The notes under the pieces are model-generated. The model saw only the letters and a program-made list of their open reading frames with translations, was not told the origin of the DNA and ran no database searches. Below are positions 13,501 through 28,500 of a DNA stretch of 64,000 nt, one piece after another (position 1 is the first letter of the stretch; every line of letters starts with the position of its first letter). Origin of the DNA: Phoronis australis (taxonomy: Eukaryota; Animalia; Phoronida); the NCBI GenBank assembly GCA_002633005.1, contig NMRA01000238.1, forward strand, positions 62,001 through 126,000. Reading direction: 5' to 3'. The position numbers were made by a program, and so were the translations under genes.

Positions 13501-16500
13501 ACAGAAACACTCACGATTACTTTCATTCGGCGCGCACGAATACAAAAATATAGGACCCAAGTTAGGATTGTATAAATGTAGAACTACTCCGTGTGTTATT
13601 TAGGTTTTGGAAAAAATGCATTTTAATACTCAAAATACGTTTTGTATAGCTATTACAAGCTCTAAAACGACTTTGTGTAATTTCATTGAGATCGTTCTTT
13701 GTCATCCGTCAAACCGGAAACTTCCGAGATGTGACTCTGCGAGCGCACTCACCTTGCACGTTACAGCCGTTTAAGTGAAAAACAATCTAGTAAACGCCAT
13801 TTTCTTGCATAATCCTCCGCCTTTTGTAACAAAAAAGTCTATCGTCGATGACCCGCACACGCACGCTCACTCACTCTCATACGCAGACGACCTTCAAAAC
13901 AAACGTCACGTGACAACAACATGTGTGTTCATCCAGAGATTTTTCTCGTGTTGTGGAGTACGATGTAGCGCACATTTGGACTTAATCGCAATTAATCTGG
14001 ACTCCACAGGAACTTTAAAAATTGTAAAACATCAGGAAGATTTCAGGTAATTTGTTGAGTCGAAACTATATTTTTATTCAAGAGTACAAGTTTTCCTATT
14101 GACGATCGCGATTCAGCGACGCATCAGTCGGCAAGTTTTCGCCCTGTGATGAGCACAATTTTTTGAAAAATTATCGTAATTTAACAACGGAAGTTGATAG
14201 CAATGCACCACAATTTTGTAGAAAGGCTGTCATAGGCTACAAATACGTCACAGAGCGTAAATTTGATGAATCCTAGCTTCCGATTTTACCCGTTTGGGAA
14301 ACCGGGTTTCAACTGCCGTAGGCTCACTACAATAAGCGTCCCCTCCCCGTGAAATGAATTTTTCTAAGCGTTTGTTTGAGCCAATACAGTATACAGCTTT
14401 CCACCAAGGCTAGGTGATGCAAGACATTATTACTTGTTCTTTGTTGCATTATAGTAACTGGTCTTGGCTAATTATCATTTTATGGCCTGGTCATCCATTC
14501 AGCCCAAAGTAGTTCCAGAGGTGGCTTATCAGCCAATTATTCACGCATGCTGACTCACAATAGAAGCCTGATAAGAGTGAAGGTGGATAAATGCGGTGTT
14601 CCTACAGTTTCTTGTTTTAGTGGATGTGTTCACGACATGAAATTGCTTAACATTTTTCAAAAGTTGGTTACTAACACATTTTACCAGGTATGGTTTGAGA
14701 ACTGTTGTGCACTACAATACATACATTAAGGGAATAGTGCTACTTGTTCACCACTATTTTGTGCACTATACCAAAATTGCTCCACTTAATACTTGATATT
14801 TCCTTTGTGCTTTGTCTGATATTTCGTGATTACTCTGACGTAAACAATGTTTGATTACCCTTATGTCAGGTTCTGATATATTGTCATTATTCTGATATGT
14901 AAACAATATTTGATTACCCTGCTATCAGGTTCCAACTTGCGGCCATCTTTGGACCACTCCACTGTTGGTGTTGGTTCACCAGAGACGCCAACATCAATCT
15001 TGAGCGGCTCACCTGCGCGTACCTTGATCTCGTTGGTGCCAAACAGACTGTCCAAACTGATCTTTGGAGCCTCTACAACACCAAGTTACACCTAGTCATA
15101 TCAACTTTGAACTTTAAATGTAATGATTAAATAAACTGTAGATTATGATTCACCCAGGTCCTGTATATGACTAATTATATGTTCATCCAAAGTATCCTTA
15201 ATTACTCTTTACATCTAGTCAAGTACGCCTAACATACAACAAATAAGCAGAGCATGCAGTACAAAAGCGGCTTTTTGTACCAAGGGTGATCGTTGTGAAA
15301 TGTTACAACTTTGACATGACCAAAAACAACAGTGTCTCAATTATGACACGTTTTGGTGCAAACCTGTCGGGGGTTTTATTCCAACATCACAGATAACCAT
15401 CACTACAACAACATTTGTACAATTACAACTTCCAAGTATTTAAATGTGTTCTCTAAGTTAACATCCCAAAATTTCTTCCACATTGTAACCTAACCTATTT
15501 GATGTAATTACAATCCTTTTCAAGATAAAGACAGTGGCAGTCATCTTGCAACTTCAACGAACAATTAATTATGGTACCTTTCTCAGGTTTAGCTGGGATA
15601 GGTCCAGTTGTCTTGCTTGGCTTGGACTCTCCACCTGCATTAATTGCTATCACACGGTATTCATACAGCTTGTTGGGTAAGACCTTCTCATCTGCATAGA
15701 ACAGGTCCTAAGGGGAAAAACGACTTAATTATAATAAAAAACAAGACAAGACAAAAACAAGTCAAGTCAGCATAGGAGTCTAGTGTACCTTCTTATCAAC
15801 AAATGGTAAACAAATCATAAACACGCTATAAAACGAAACACACTAGTGTATTTACAATTGTTTCTTTTTTACATTTAAGTAACATTCCGGGCTCGGCTAT
15901 TAATAAAACATAGGGGTTAACAAAGCAATTATCTTCTCAACCAGGACCATAAACCTTTTAAGCTGTGTTGTTTAGTTACACAGTTCAACTGGGACGGTTG
16001 TATAAATAAGATTCCCAAGAAACAGCTTTCACAGACCTTGCATATTAATTTCATAAGGCATATCGTGTGTGAATGGCAGCCATGACTTACAATCGTCTAC
16101 AACATTTTAAGCCACTATGCTGACTAGTTACCCTAGCACTGCCCGACTGAACACCAGACTTGGTATGAGTTAAAGTATACCTTAAGTGGTGATGTGTTGA
16201 TGCGGTTCCACATGTTACTCTTTGGATCTTTCTTCTCGATGTCGTAGCCAATGATGGGGCTTCCTCCGTCACTGCGCGGGGGGTCCCATTCAATTTCAAT
16301 AAATGTGCGGTCCCTGTCGGCACAGCGAACAGACTCAGGACTGCTTGGGGCATCTGTGTAAAAAATAAATAGATGGAATGAAATAAAATTTAACTAGCAA
16401 AATATGAACCAGCATACACATCTGAGGCCCAGTTATTCAAAACTAACAGGGGTTAATAGAACAGTTTTCGTATTAGTCACAATCGTAAAGCCTTTGTTAA

Positions 16501-19500
16501 GCTACTTTCTTTAACAAGGAACACCTAAACAGACAGTGATCTGATCTTGGAAATCCCCAGCAATAAACAAATTCAAGAGGCAGATGGTCTGTAATGACAG
16601 CAGATGTATTTATAACTATCCCTAAAATTGAAAGACCTTTTGTGGAACACTTACCACCCTCAAGATACAAAACCAGGTAAATAATTTACATTACAAAAGC
16701 AATGTGGAGCTTTGAAATGCGCCCAGGACAGCACCGCAAACGGTGTGCTTCGTGCTTTTAATATCAGAAGAATGGCCATTAGATGGTGCAGAATGTATCA
16801 AATCCCTCTGAATTGAGAAGGTGGTGCCGTGTCTGTAATACACAACTGTTTGCCAAATTTCACGAAAGAAACCCAAGGAACTCCTAAGCTATAGTGGCAA
16901 ACATTCAATAATTGACACCAGGGGGCACATTTATAGTTCAATTGGTCTGAAACTCATCGTCATCTGTTGTCATCTCTATAGAAGCCCATCTGCCGAATTT
17001 CGCAAAGATCCTTAAAGAGTTAAGGAGATACAGCCCTGTCGTAGATTCAAAAAAGCAAAATTGCCCCTAGGGGATGCCATCATAGTCGAAACCATCCAAA
17101 AATCAACGTCAGGCAGGGTCTTCGCATCAGGAGCACAACCATTAGTTTTCATAATGATCGTTTGGGTGGCTTGACAGATTGAGAGACAGACGTCAAAAAC
17201 ATAGTTAGATAAAACATTTTTAAACGCCCGTCAGGTGGCGCAGAAAACATTATGTCCGAAAATGGAAAGGCATTGTTGTCTCTTCAATAGAAATCTATTT
17301 ACCAAATTTCATGAAAATACATTAATGAACTTTGAAGGTACAGAGGCAAACGCAAATAAAAACATTTTGGTACTAGGGGGCACAGATGCACAAAAAAAAA
17401 TTAAATCACCACTAAGGGGCGACACATTAGTCGGACCCATTCAAAAGTCAATATCAGTTGTGGCCTTCTCATCAGGAACACATCATCTGTAAATTTTCAG
17501 ACAAAAATAATTGCCAAAATTGGTCTTTTTTCATTTTTCAAATGCTTCTAATATTGTTTTGAATGTCCACAGTTGCTGGAAACAATGTCTGAAGGTAGCT
17601 ATAGTATAGACATATAAAATGGCATGGCATCTATTTGGTGCTACTTACCTTTTATGAAAAAAATGAAACATAAAATTTCAAAGGAGGCAAACATAAGAAA
17701 ATAAAATTGCCACTAGGAGCACAGCAGTATTCGGATCAGTTCGAAACTCGTCGTCATCGCACGTGCCAAATCTCAACTTTGAATAAGAAATGTGGGAACC
17801 TCCAGCAATGGATATCAGAAACATATCTGAGTTTGTATTGAATGGAGCAGGGTATTTAGCAAATTGGCTAAAATAACTTTGGGAAGTGACGTCTGCGTCA
17901 TGATGCCAGACCAAAGACCAAAGACCAAAGACTGGACTAAATACACAATTTGGAAACTGCTGTGCTCAGGAATTGAAACTTTTCGAAAGACATAAATAAA
18001 TGTACTCTAAAATGACTCAATAAAAACAGACACCCACCGTACGGGTTCTTTGCCACCAGCGGGCTCTCATTCTCCAACGGATTGCTGACTCCCTGGACAT
18101 TCTCAGCCATGACGCGGAACTTGTATTGTTTACCCTCCTGCAGTTTGGGTACGGCCACCTCGGTGATTCTGGCAGGCAGTTCCTTGACTGGCTCCCAACG
18201 CCCTTTAGCCATGTCCATCTTCTCGACACGGTAACCCCTGGGACAAACAACACTCACTAGTGATATCTTCCATTTAGATCGACTGGCAGAAAAAATACCC
18301 AGTATACAAACCACCTAAATTATCACCATCTCTGATTTGTTGACGCTTGTTTTTGAGCTCCATTCACAAGAGGTTGAACCAAGAGGATAGAAATAGCAAC
18401 AAAAAACACCGAGAAACATTGATCATCAGATCTGACCTCTAGTGTTCATTGGACAAATTAAGTGGATTTATAGAGTTTCGTTATCAGATTTGTATTTCAA
18501 GCACGCCCTTCAAAATGATCATTACAAAATGGAAAATCTGAAGAATTGAATGTCTGATATCATGTGCCCACAGAGAACAGTTTTTCTCCACTGAATAATG
18601 CCCTTCAACTGGTTCTCAAAATACAGACACATTATATCAGACTATTGCTGAATGCCACACTGGGGTGGAGTTGATTTACTGATCGATTGCTTAATTTGTC
18701 ACAATTATGTGATTCAGTCCAAAACAATAAGTTGAAACACACAACAGCTCCAGTTCACTGCCAATGACAGTACACATGACTTGTATACAATGCCAGAACA
18801 GAAAGGCTACCATACATACGTCAAATCCAAGCCACCACTGTCCTTAGGAGGCTTCCAGGATAGTTTGCATCGGTCAGCGAAGACATCACTGACCTCAAGA
18901 GGGCCTTCTGGAGCACTTGGCTTGTCTGTGAAAGAAACACATTTTGTATCATAGATAACAGCCATATAGCCAGCTATACGAACAGGACCCATTGAAAAAA
19001 AACCCCGATCCATGGTGCCGTGTACTTTGTCAATAGGAGACATGAAGCCTCAACTGCCCACAATATCAGAAAGGCTGATTCATGTTCCTTTCGTGTGGAG
19101 CAAGGCAATTAGTGCATAAGGAATGACTTCAATTTTAACTCTTTGTGGCAGGGGAGATAACTGACATGTGGGTCAACAGGAGTGATGGTGAACAAAGGAA
19201 TGTTGGGAATTTTAGACTATATTCATTTGATATATTTGAAAACAATTGTCTTGTGGAATATTCCCCCAACTAGAGATATTTGTAAAACCATTTTGATACA
19301 TCTCTGAACTAAATAAAGGGTGTGAAAGACAGAACAAAGTTGTATGAAGTAATTATCCAACACTGCTTGTCCTATTGCGACTCGTACAAGCAAAACTCAA
19401 TATTTCAATTTAAAATATTTGCTACAACAGTCAGGTAGAGAATTCCCATGCTATTATCAAAATTTAATGAAAGCGGCAATTTAAGACAGTACCAAACTGC

Positions 19501-22500
19501 GCCTCGACACCATCCAAGCTGTCTTTAAAAACAAGATATCACTGAAAAGTCTCAGACGTACCGAGAACCTCAATATTGACTGAGGCTTGGTCCACTCCAG
19601 AGTCATTCTCTACAACAATAGTGTACTCCCCAGAGTCTCCGCGATTAGGATTGTTGTTCTTGAGAGTGGAGTCCTTGTCAGTGGTCACAAATGGACAGTC
19701 ACATGGCTAGATACAGGAAATACATGGTAACATAAAATAAATGACAACTGAAGACAAGGGTTGCAAGCCAGGTAATGTTCAATAATATTTTAGATTTAGA
19801 GTGTAAGGATGCTGTGTATAACGTGGCTCGGTGAATTGGACTAATTGTATCCAGCCACGACAGGCTGTACTGTCATCTCATTAAAACACTTCACGTTTTG
19901 AAAAATTAAATACATGTTACAATTTACAAGTCATTTCCATGTTGCCGAATCGAAACATATCAAATTACCTCTCCATTTTTCAGCCACTTAACAGTTGGCG
20001 GCGGTATGCCATCAACAGGAACCTTCAGAGCAAATGGCTGCCCGGCTTTAACCTTCATATCTTTCAGTCCAGACGTGTCAATCTTTGGTGGTCCTACAGA
20101 GAACAACAGCAGATAATTAATACTATCATGTCATCAAAATAACCAACACACAGGAAATACCAAATGTGCCATAACGCTAAGAACACACTATTGTTCAGTT
20201 ACTGAGGACAGTGTTATATTGCACAATACAAGAACAGTGTCCACTGCGCACAACAAACAGTATGTTTCTATGGGCACTTACCAGAATGAGTTTCATTTAA
20301 GGTGCAAGGATACAACAATTAAGCAGCAAGGGGACGCTACAAGGGGGACACAACAAGGGGACGCTACAAGGGGGCGCTACAAGGGGGACGCTACAAGGGG
20401 CGCTCCAAGGGCACGCTACAAGGGGGCGCTACAACAGTCAAAATTGAGAACAAATGTTGGTACCTCACCGTTTAAAGCTAATTTTACATCAAGAAGTTTA
20501 AAAAAACAAACAGCTTATTCAACATCTGTGACAAAGTATATAGTCCACTTCAACAAACATGTTTAGCAAATACAAAGACAGACACAAAATGACACAGCAC
20601 TTGTTGGAATCTACTCAAAACTGATAGCCACCATCACCTCCAAAATGGAACAGCCACGAAGTGGTGCTGCACAACTCAAATCTGCCCAAATATCGACTGG
20701 TACCAGTGCACTGCTGCCACAATTGCTTTTCTAGACATTATCTGAACGGCTCTTCTTCCCAAAAATACTTAAAAAAGCCCTTATCGAGACCAAAATGGTC
20801 ATCATTTTGTGGTGCTGCAGAGGTTGAGTTCACCCAAAAAGCAACTTGTCACAGAGCATTGCCACCACAAATCAATCAGTAAAGTGTCATTGCAATCTGT
20901 CAATCACTTCACCAGAAAACGCTCTTCCCAAAAATACTGAAAAGCTTCACCCGTGGCCATGGGGCAGATCGAAAAGTGGCATCCACTGCCCTACAGCCAA
21001 CGGGTTTTTGAAATTTTGAGCAACCAAATGGACAAGACGAGACAAAATGGCCACTTGTGAGTGATGTAGTGGTCGAATCCGTCCCAAAATTGACTGGTCA
21101 CATACCCCTGTGAATTGAAACCATCAACTCGTTCTCTAGACACTCTTCCATCCAAAAAGAGTGAAACACTTTTCCGTCCAAAAAGAGTGAAAAGCCTCTT
21201 GTTGGGAAGAAAATGGCCACAAAAGAGCACAGAAGAGGAAACTGAATCTGTTAAATACAATAGGACCGCACTAATTAGAGGTTGGTGTGTTCAAACGCAA
21301 CACACAAGTTCAAGCTATTAATCTACTACCTCATTCTGCTCACCACTAATAATGAAGTAACAATATGGTAGCAGCAAGCCAGTGTTCTTTTTGGGAAAAC
21401 ACTCTAAAGGATCAACTGGACCATGCTGCTTAATGTGGATCATCGAAGGAAATTATTTCATGGAACACTTGATGTTATACCAGGATTTTCATTGCGCCAA
21501 TGACTGGGCGAGCATTTAATATATATATATAAAGTGGCTCTTTATAAAACTGATATTTGTCAACTCTACAATGAAAATGACTTGTTACACTGTAGTAACT
21601 TATGCACTAAATGTCCACCTGTCTCCAGCAGTACATTTCAGGCTACACTTACTAGCTTTAGGCGTGGCCAGACAGACATCAGATGTCTCACTGGGCTCTG
21701 AAGAGCCTGCTGCATTCACAGCCTTGACACGGAACTGATACTGTGTTCCCTCCTTCAACCCAGCCACTGTAGCATGAACTTCTCCAGGCTTCGTCTCCAT
21801 GGCCTGTAGAGAATGGACAAAGATGAATAATACATCTTCCGTGGAACAGTTCTACAGAAGTTTCTGTACTTTCACAACAACTATAAAATGACATTCTTTA
21901 TTCTTAAAGTTTTACCAACCCAAAGCAAGAAAACACAATTCATTTTAACTGCCAGCTTTCACAAAATTCCTTTTGCCCAAATAGCCATTTCACCTGGTTA
22001 TAGAAAATGTGTCTTTGTGTTCAAATAACTCCAATTACCACCCAACTACAAGAACAACACTCATGTCAACCCACACATGGTCTACACAGTAGCACATATG
22101 GTCTACACAGTAGCACATATGGTCTACACAGTAGCACGTATGGTCTACACAGTAGCACACACGGTCTACACAGTAGCACACACGGTCTACACAGTAGCAC
22201 ACATGGTCTACACAGTAGCACATATGGTCTATACAGTAGCACGTATGGTCAACACAGTAGCACACACGGTCTACACAGTAGCACGTATGGTCTACACAGT
22301 AGCACACATGGTTTACACAGTAGCACACATGGTCTACACAGTAGCACACATGGTTTACACAGTAACACATGTGGCCTACACAGTATCAGACATCCTCTAC
22401 ACAGCTGCAGACACTAACCTCCACCCACTTAGCACCAGGTTTCTCCTGTTTTTGGATGATGTACTTCTTAATCTTGCTGCCGCCATCTGAAGACGGTGGT

Positions 22501-25500
22501 GACCATGAGATGGTGATGCGGTCAGCATCCCAGTCAGCCATCTGTGGTTTGCCCGGTGCAGTGGGTGGGTCTGCAAGAGATCAGAAAAGGCTTGAAGAGG
22601 TCAACAGAGGGTAGAGGTGGGATAGCCATACTGACGACAGTAAGCAAGGGACATGACAGTGAAATGCACACGAACACCGGTCATCGGGATTTGACCAGTC
22701 AGGCATATGTCCACTATCCTTAAACCTTCTTCAATAATACAGCCTGTCACTATTAAGAATTTTATTTCTTAAAAACGAGAAGACAGAGAATAACCAAGAA
22801 TTTTTTGTAAAACACATTTCAGCACAACAAACAGTGTTTGAATGGCCAACAACTGTAGCTTGGTTCTTTAAGAGCACTTCTAACAAGTGTTGGAAAGCCA
22901 GCAACTGCAGTCGGACTGGTTCCTTCTTGAATGTATTGCCAACAAAAATTCTTGAACTCAACAGTGGTTACAAACTTCAAGATTTGTGACCAAAACAAGA
23001 TTATCAGCAGAACTTGAAAAGGTCACAGTACATTCTGACCTCTTAATTAAAAGCATATTTTATCAACATCAGAGTTTAGCAAATAATTCCCAGCACAGTG
23101 TAACAACTGAATTCAATGTAGATTGACATCTCACGTTACACATTTCACATATTACACATTATACGTATAGATAATATTTTCAGATCAGGCCAAAAATGCA
23201 TAAGTGGTTCTGGTCTGTGGTTTTTAATGAAATTTGAAGAGGTAATGCAGTATCTTTAATATTTACTTCATACATTCAGTAGATGCAACATTAGTATTCT
23301 TGTATAAAAATTAGTTGTTGATTCTTTCAAAATAAAATCCATCCAAGATGAGCAGCAGTAGCAAGGTATTTTTACTCATCTCAAATCAGCTTCAGCGAAG
23401 AATAGAAAAGGACAATACTATGAGGCCTATGTAAGTACCAAATGCATCCTTGGCCACGATATCTGGAGCCTGTTATTGGCTTTGTCTTTTGGCTATAGCA
23501 AAAAGTCAATAATCTGACTACGAATAGTCAAAAGTTGATTTTTTTGTGTTTTGCATTTCTCAAAATGCTTTGCCTTCAGTCCTTTCAAGCAGGCTACAGA
23601 TTCTGTCTTCTGACATTGAATTGTAAACAAATTTTCTGATTTTCAAGAAACAGGCTAAGCTGTCAACAATTAATTGATTTTAGGCAAAAGTCAAAAGACA
23701 AAACTTCTAGAAACAGGCTCCCATATTGTAACGCCTATGTACGTGTCAAACGAACCCTTGGCCAAGACATCTCTACCATGATAACACCTGCGTATGTATC
23801 AAACATATCCTTGGCCAAAGAATCTGTACAATAACGCCTATGTACATACCAAATGGATCCTTGGCTAAAACATCTGTCAAGGCCTCTAATGGTTCACTGG
23901 TACCTTCTGAGTTCACTGCCATAACACGGAACTTATAGCGATGGTTTTCAGTGAGACCTTCAATTGGGACTGTAGTGTCCTTGCACTAAAAGAACAAGGT
24001 GAAAGTCATCATGATAGAAACGCCACAGTGACGTCCAACCTGTCAGCTTAAGGCAAATCGACAGGTTGACGTATCTCTAAAACTGCCAATACCTTCAAAG
24101 AAACAATCACACAGCAGCAGTGTAATTAAGCTGGCAACTGTTCCCAATTACCAGCCATGGACAGGTTGTAAACAACTCCGGCCTATTGTGGAGAAAGTAA
24201 TCCACAGTTAGTTTCCTACTTCATTAATTGAGCCCAGGACATAACACAGTAGACCAATTACCTTGGGTCACAAGCCTGCTGTTGGATACTCAGGCAGGGA
24301 AAGTGTCCCCTGGAGTTGTTGGCAAGTTATGTTAGCCATAGAGCAAAAAGTATACAAGTGATCAGGTAGAGATTCTCAGATGTTTATTTTTGTCCAAAAT
24401 GTGACAACAAATTTCACTACTTGGTCACCCGTAGTGCTAAACAGGAGAAAATTCCTTATCATTAGGTGTTCAACAGAACATTCACTTTAGGATCATGTGA
24501 CAAATAATACCACGCAGATGTCTGTTGTATTCACAGCCAGAACACACCTTCTTTGCATCCTTCCAGTCCCCGTCGGGGTCCTCTGTGGCATCCTTCATCT
24601 GCACCATGTAGTGTTTGATTGGACAGCCACCGTCATCAACGGGAGGGTCCCACTCCAACACACAGTGGTCCTTAAAGATGTCTTCTACATCCAGGGGCCC
24701 TTTTGGTGGGCTCGGCTTATCTGCACACCAAGCATGACATTAAGCAATGGCCTCAGCTTTTGGAAAATACACAAAATATTGGAAAACAGCAGGCACATGA
24801 TATTCACCAATAAAGTTTAAGAAAATGGAACAACGGCAAATCAATATGTCTTAATCTGGCCAAACAGTTTCAGTCACCTCTGTTTCCAATCTATCAGCAT
24901 TAAGATAACCCTTACCCAACACCTTAATCCTGACAGGCACCTTCTCAGTCCCCTCAGAGTTGGACAGTTCCAGCTCATACAGACCATCATCAGCTCGTTT
25001 AGCTTTAGGGATGCAGAAGTCCACATTCTTGTGCTGTTGCTTAATCTCCACGGTGTCCTCGTCCACGGGATTCCCATCTTTGAGCCACTTAACAACTGGG
25101 TTAGGGGTACCTGGAGTGTCAGAGGTCAACAGTCGAAAGGTCATACTTCAAGACAGAGAATTAACACAGCAAAAGGGAGGCTTTGGAATGTAACAGCAAT
25201 TCAGTATTCGTTACTGTGTACTGTGTCACCGACCCACACAATGGTCAAGGATACTTGAAGGTCACTTAGGGCAACAGTTCAAAGTTCTAAGCATAACTTA
25301 CTTCAAGAATTTATTCTACAATAAACTTGCCCAATGACTGCTTTTTTAAAAACACTGCATTGCTATATGCCCCATAAGTGACCTTACAATTTCCAATATC
25401 TCAAGCTTCACAATTTCCTTAAATAATGACGTTGTCGCCATAGCAGCCTGACCCCACCATTGTGATACCATGACAACCACCACATCCAGAGTACCTAGTT

Positions 25501-28500
25501 GAATACACCCTTACCACATGACTAACATACTCACCTGTGTAAGGGAACTTCAAGTCCACTTTGTCACCTGCCTTTACTGTGATCTCCTTGGGCACCCCAG
25601 ACAGGTCAACCTTGGGAGGTTTAGCACCTGTACAGAACACGGTGTTTGTTACCATGGCAACAGTTGTGCATTAATTCTACACACTAAGAAAAACATTCGT
25701 GTCAATGTTTTATTTTAAATGTTTATCACAAAAAATACAAATGTACAAAAAATAAATAGAATTGAGCATCAAAAATATCCCCAACGTAATAAGAACTTTA
25801 AGGAATTCTGGGTATTGTTACAATGTCTGGAAATTAGGCTAAGCATGTTTTCAAGTGAATGTGATCATAGAAAGATCAGATACTATATACCATTGTGGGA
25901 AGCAAAACTATTTGCAAAGCAGCTGGTGAGAATACTGTGCTTCGAATACAAGCCTGTAGAGTTTAAATAATTCTTAATTTCAGAAACAAAAAATACACAT
26001 TCTCAAACACAATCATGATCCTGATAACAAGTCTTACTTTCATCCACAAGAAGCTCCGCCTCTGTCTCTCGGTCTCCGATGCGGCATGTGTAGATGGCTT
26101 CATCGTCCATCACCAGGTCAGTGAATGTCAACAGTTCATTGTTACCTTCTTTGGTGGCCAGCACTCTGGAGAAGTTAGAACGATTGTAAAGGAAACAAGC
26201 ATGAAACTAACAAGTGTGTCTTGTAAAGATTCAGAGGAGCGTGATGCAGCATGGCCACAACTGACAATACTGCAGAATGACACAGAAAATCCTCCGAGTC
26301 AGCTCTTCTTAGCGTCACCGACTCAGAAACTTGGATGAAAATCACTCCCCGCCAACCACTCCCTCTGGTTGTCACTGCTAAAAGTAGCCAAATTTGATGT
26401 CTTTTAGCTGGTAACATCACCATATGCAATGCTTAAGAGTAGACCACATACTTGTCATGATACCATGTCCACACAACAACAATTGTACAGTGTAGTCGTG
26501 TAAACAGCATACACAATACCTCTTTCCATCTGGTTTCAGCTCCTTCCCGTCCTTGAACCACTTAGCTGGGTGAAGATGCGGGTTGTCCACCACAGTCTTC
26601 AGCTGTGCCTTACGTCCCTCAATGCCATGGATGTCCTCCAGCTGTTTGATGATGCGCACCTCAGCTGAATGGCAACAGGAAATTGATGAGAAAACCTCCA
26701 CAGGAATTAAGAGACGACACCAGTTCTTAAATCTTTGCAACGTTCTGCTGCTACTCGTTTGCTGTTCATCCAGTATGTTATAATTACAGTAACTTATAAT
26801 TAGATAACCTTACTTTTAATATTCATCAAGTCTAAAACCTCCATGACACCCATTTACACTCTTAACGTATTAGCTGATGTTGCGGAACAGATGGCAAATT
26901 AGACCAAATATATATTCACTAGTTTACAGCCACATTAAACTAAATCAACGTAGTAAAAACCTTAGAAATGACCAGAGACTTAACAACTATTTAGTTTACT
27001 TACGCGCCACCGACAGGCGTGCAGAACAAGTCTTCTTCTGCAGACGACACACATACTTCCCTTCATCTTTCTTATTAATGTCCTTCACAACAAGCTCTCT
27101 GATTTGACCGTCCTCCCTAATGTCGTATTTATCACTAGGACCAATTTCCTATAAGGCATCAGCAGATCATGAGTCAAGTTTGTTGATCTGGACAACAGCA
27201 GCGCATAAACGAGCAGTATCAAGATGGCTTACAACTTTTAATTACTCGCCCTGAGGTCACCAGTTTGAAACACCCAAAAAACTGTCACAAGCTGCTCTAC
27301 ACAAACCTAAGAGTCATTTCAATGCATAAGTAAATATCATAAGACAAGAAAATCATCCTTTATACATACCCTAGATTTTCATTTCTCTTCCTAAACATTA
27401 CTCATTCTGCACACTGGACATTGCCAGCACACACTTACGCGGTAGCAACACCAGATATGGAGACATTAGCACAACATGTGAATTGCTTACAATTTTTTGT
27501 TTTCTAAAAGTTGTCAAAGTTGATGAAATAACATGGCAATAGTTGGATATAATGTGTCCATATTTTGAGAACCAGTTATTCCATGGAGAAAACTAGTTCT
27601 AAACATTTGGGGGCGTTATATCCGACCATTACCAATTTCACACCAAAAAAAATTCACCTAATTTTTCATAATTCACGACTGATTTTCACCTTTGTTTCAT
27701 CGCAATTTTGACAAAACCAGAATTTCTAAACTTAGTAGGAAAATAACTACTTTAAAAAATAGAGAAAAATGTTATGCAATTTCACAAAATTTAAATGTTC
27801 GATTCAATTCCAGAAGCAAATTGAAAAAATGACAAAAGGAAACCAAGAGTCACTGTGCATGCTCCTTATAATACTCCATACTAGTCACGCAATCAGTCAC
27901 GCAATCAGTCACGCAACCAGTAGCTGTACACTATTTGTTTAGCATTAATTTAAATGCTTTTCAACATTTTAAATTAATTTAAGTAGTTCAAATAAGTAAC
28001 GGAAGCTCTGGGAATTGATAATTACCTTAATTTATAACCCGTAAGTAGAAAATTCATCATGATATGAATTCCAACTGCGTTTATAAGGATTAAAACAAAC
28101 GTGTAAATTGAATTTCTTCTTGTCTTCAATGTTTTGTCTAATGTGGTCTCAGTTCTTTGGGTACTTTCACATTAGAATAAGTCTGGACTAGTTCGGGGTT
28201 GGAACATATACAGTGACACTGTGCACCCATATACATAGAAACTGTGCACCATATACAGACACTGAGCACCATATATTAAACAGATAGGGTGCACCATACA
28301 AACAGACACTAGACATCGTACACATAAACACAACTGCACCCCCACCCTATACAGATACTTCGCACTGTATACACAGACACTGGCACTGTATACACAGACA
28401 CTGCTCACTGTATACACAGGCTCTGTGCACCATAAACACAGACACTGCGTACCATATACACGGACACCATGTATCATATACAGACACTGTACATGAGGCC

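Noticed and set aside
13190-14600. Possible autonomous transposon or nested gene in a CpG-rich stretch
   Set aside because: No transposase, reverse transcriptase or other recognisable ORF; kept only as a putative non-autonomous element
22007-22490. Repetitive ORFs (HGLHSST, CYCVDH, MVYTVAH) and a CRISPR-like appearance
   Set aside because: Head-to-tail 21-bp minisatellite without spacers; open in several frames because the period is a multiple of 3
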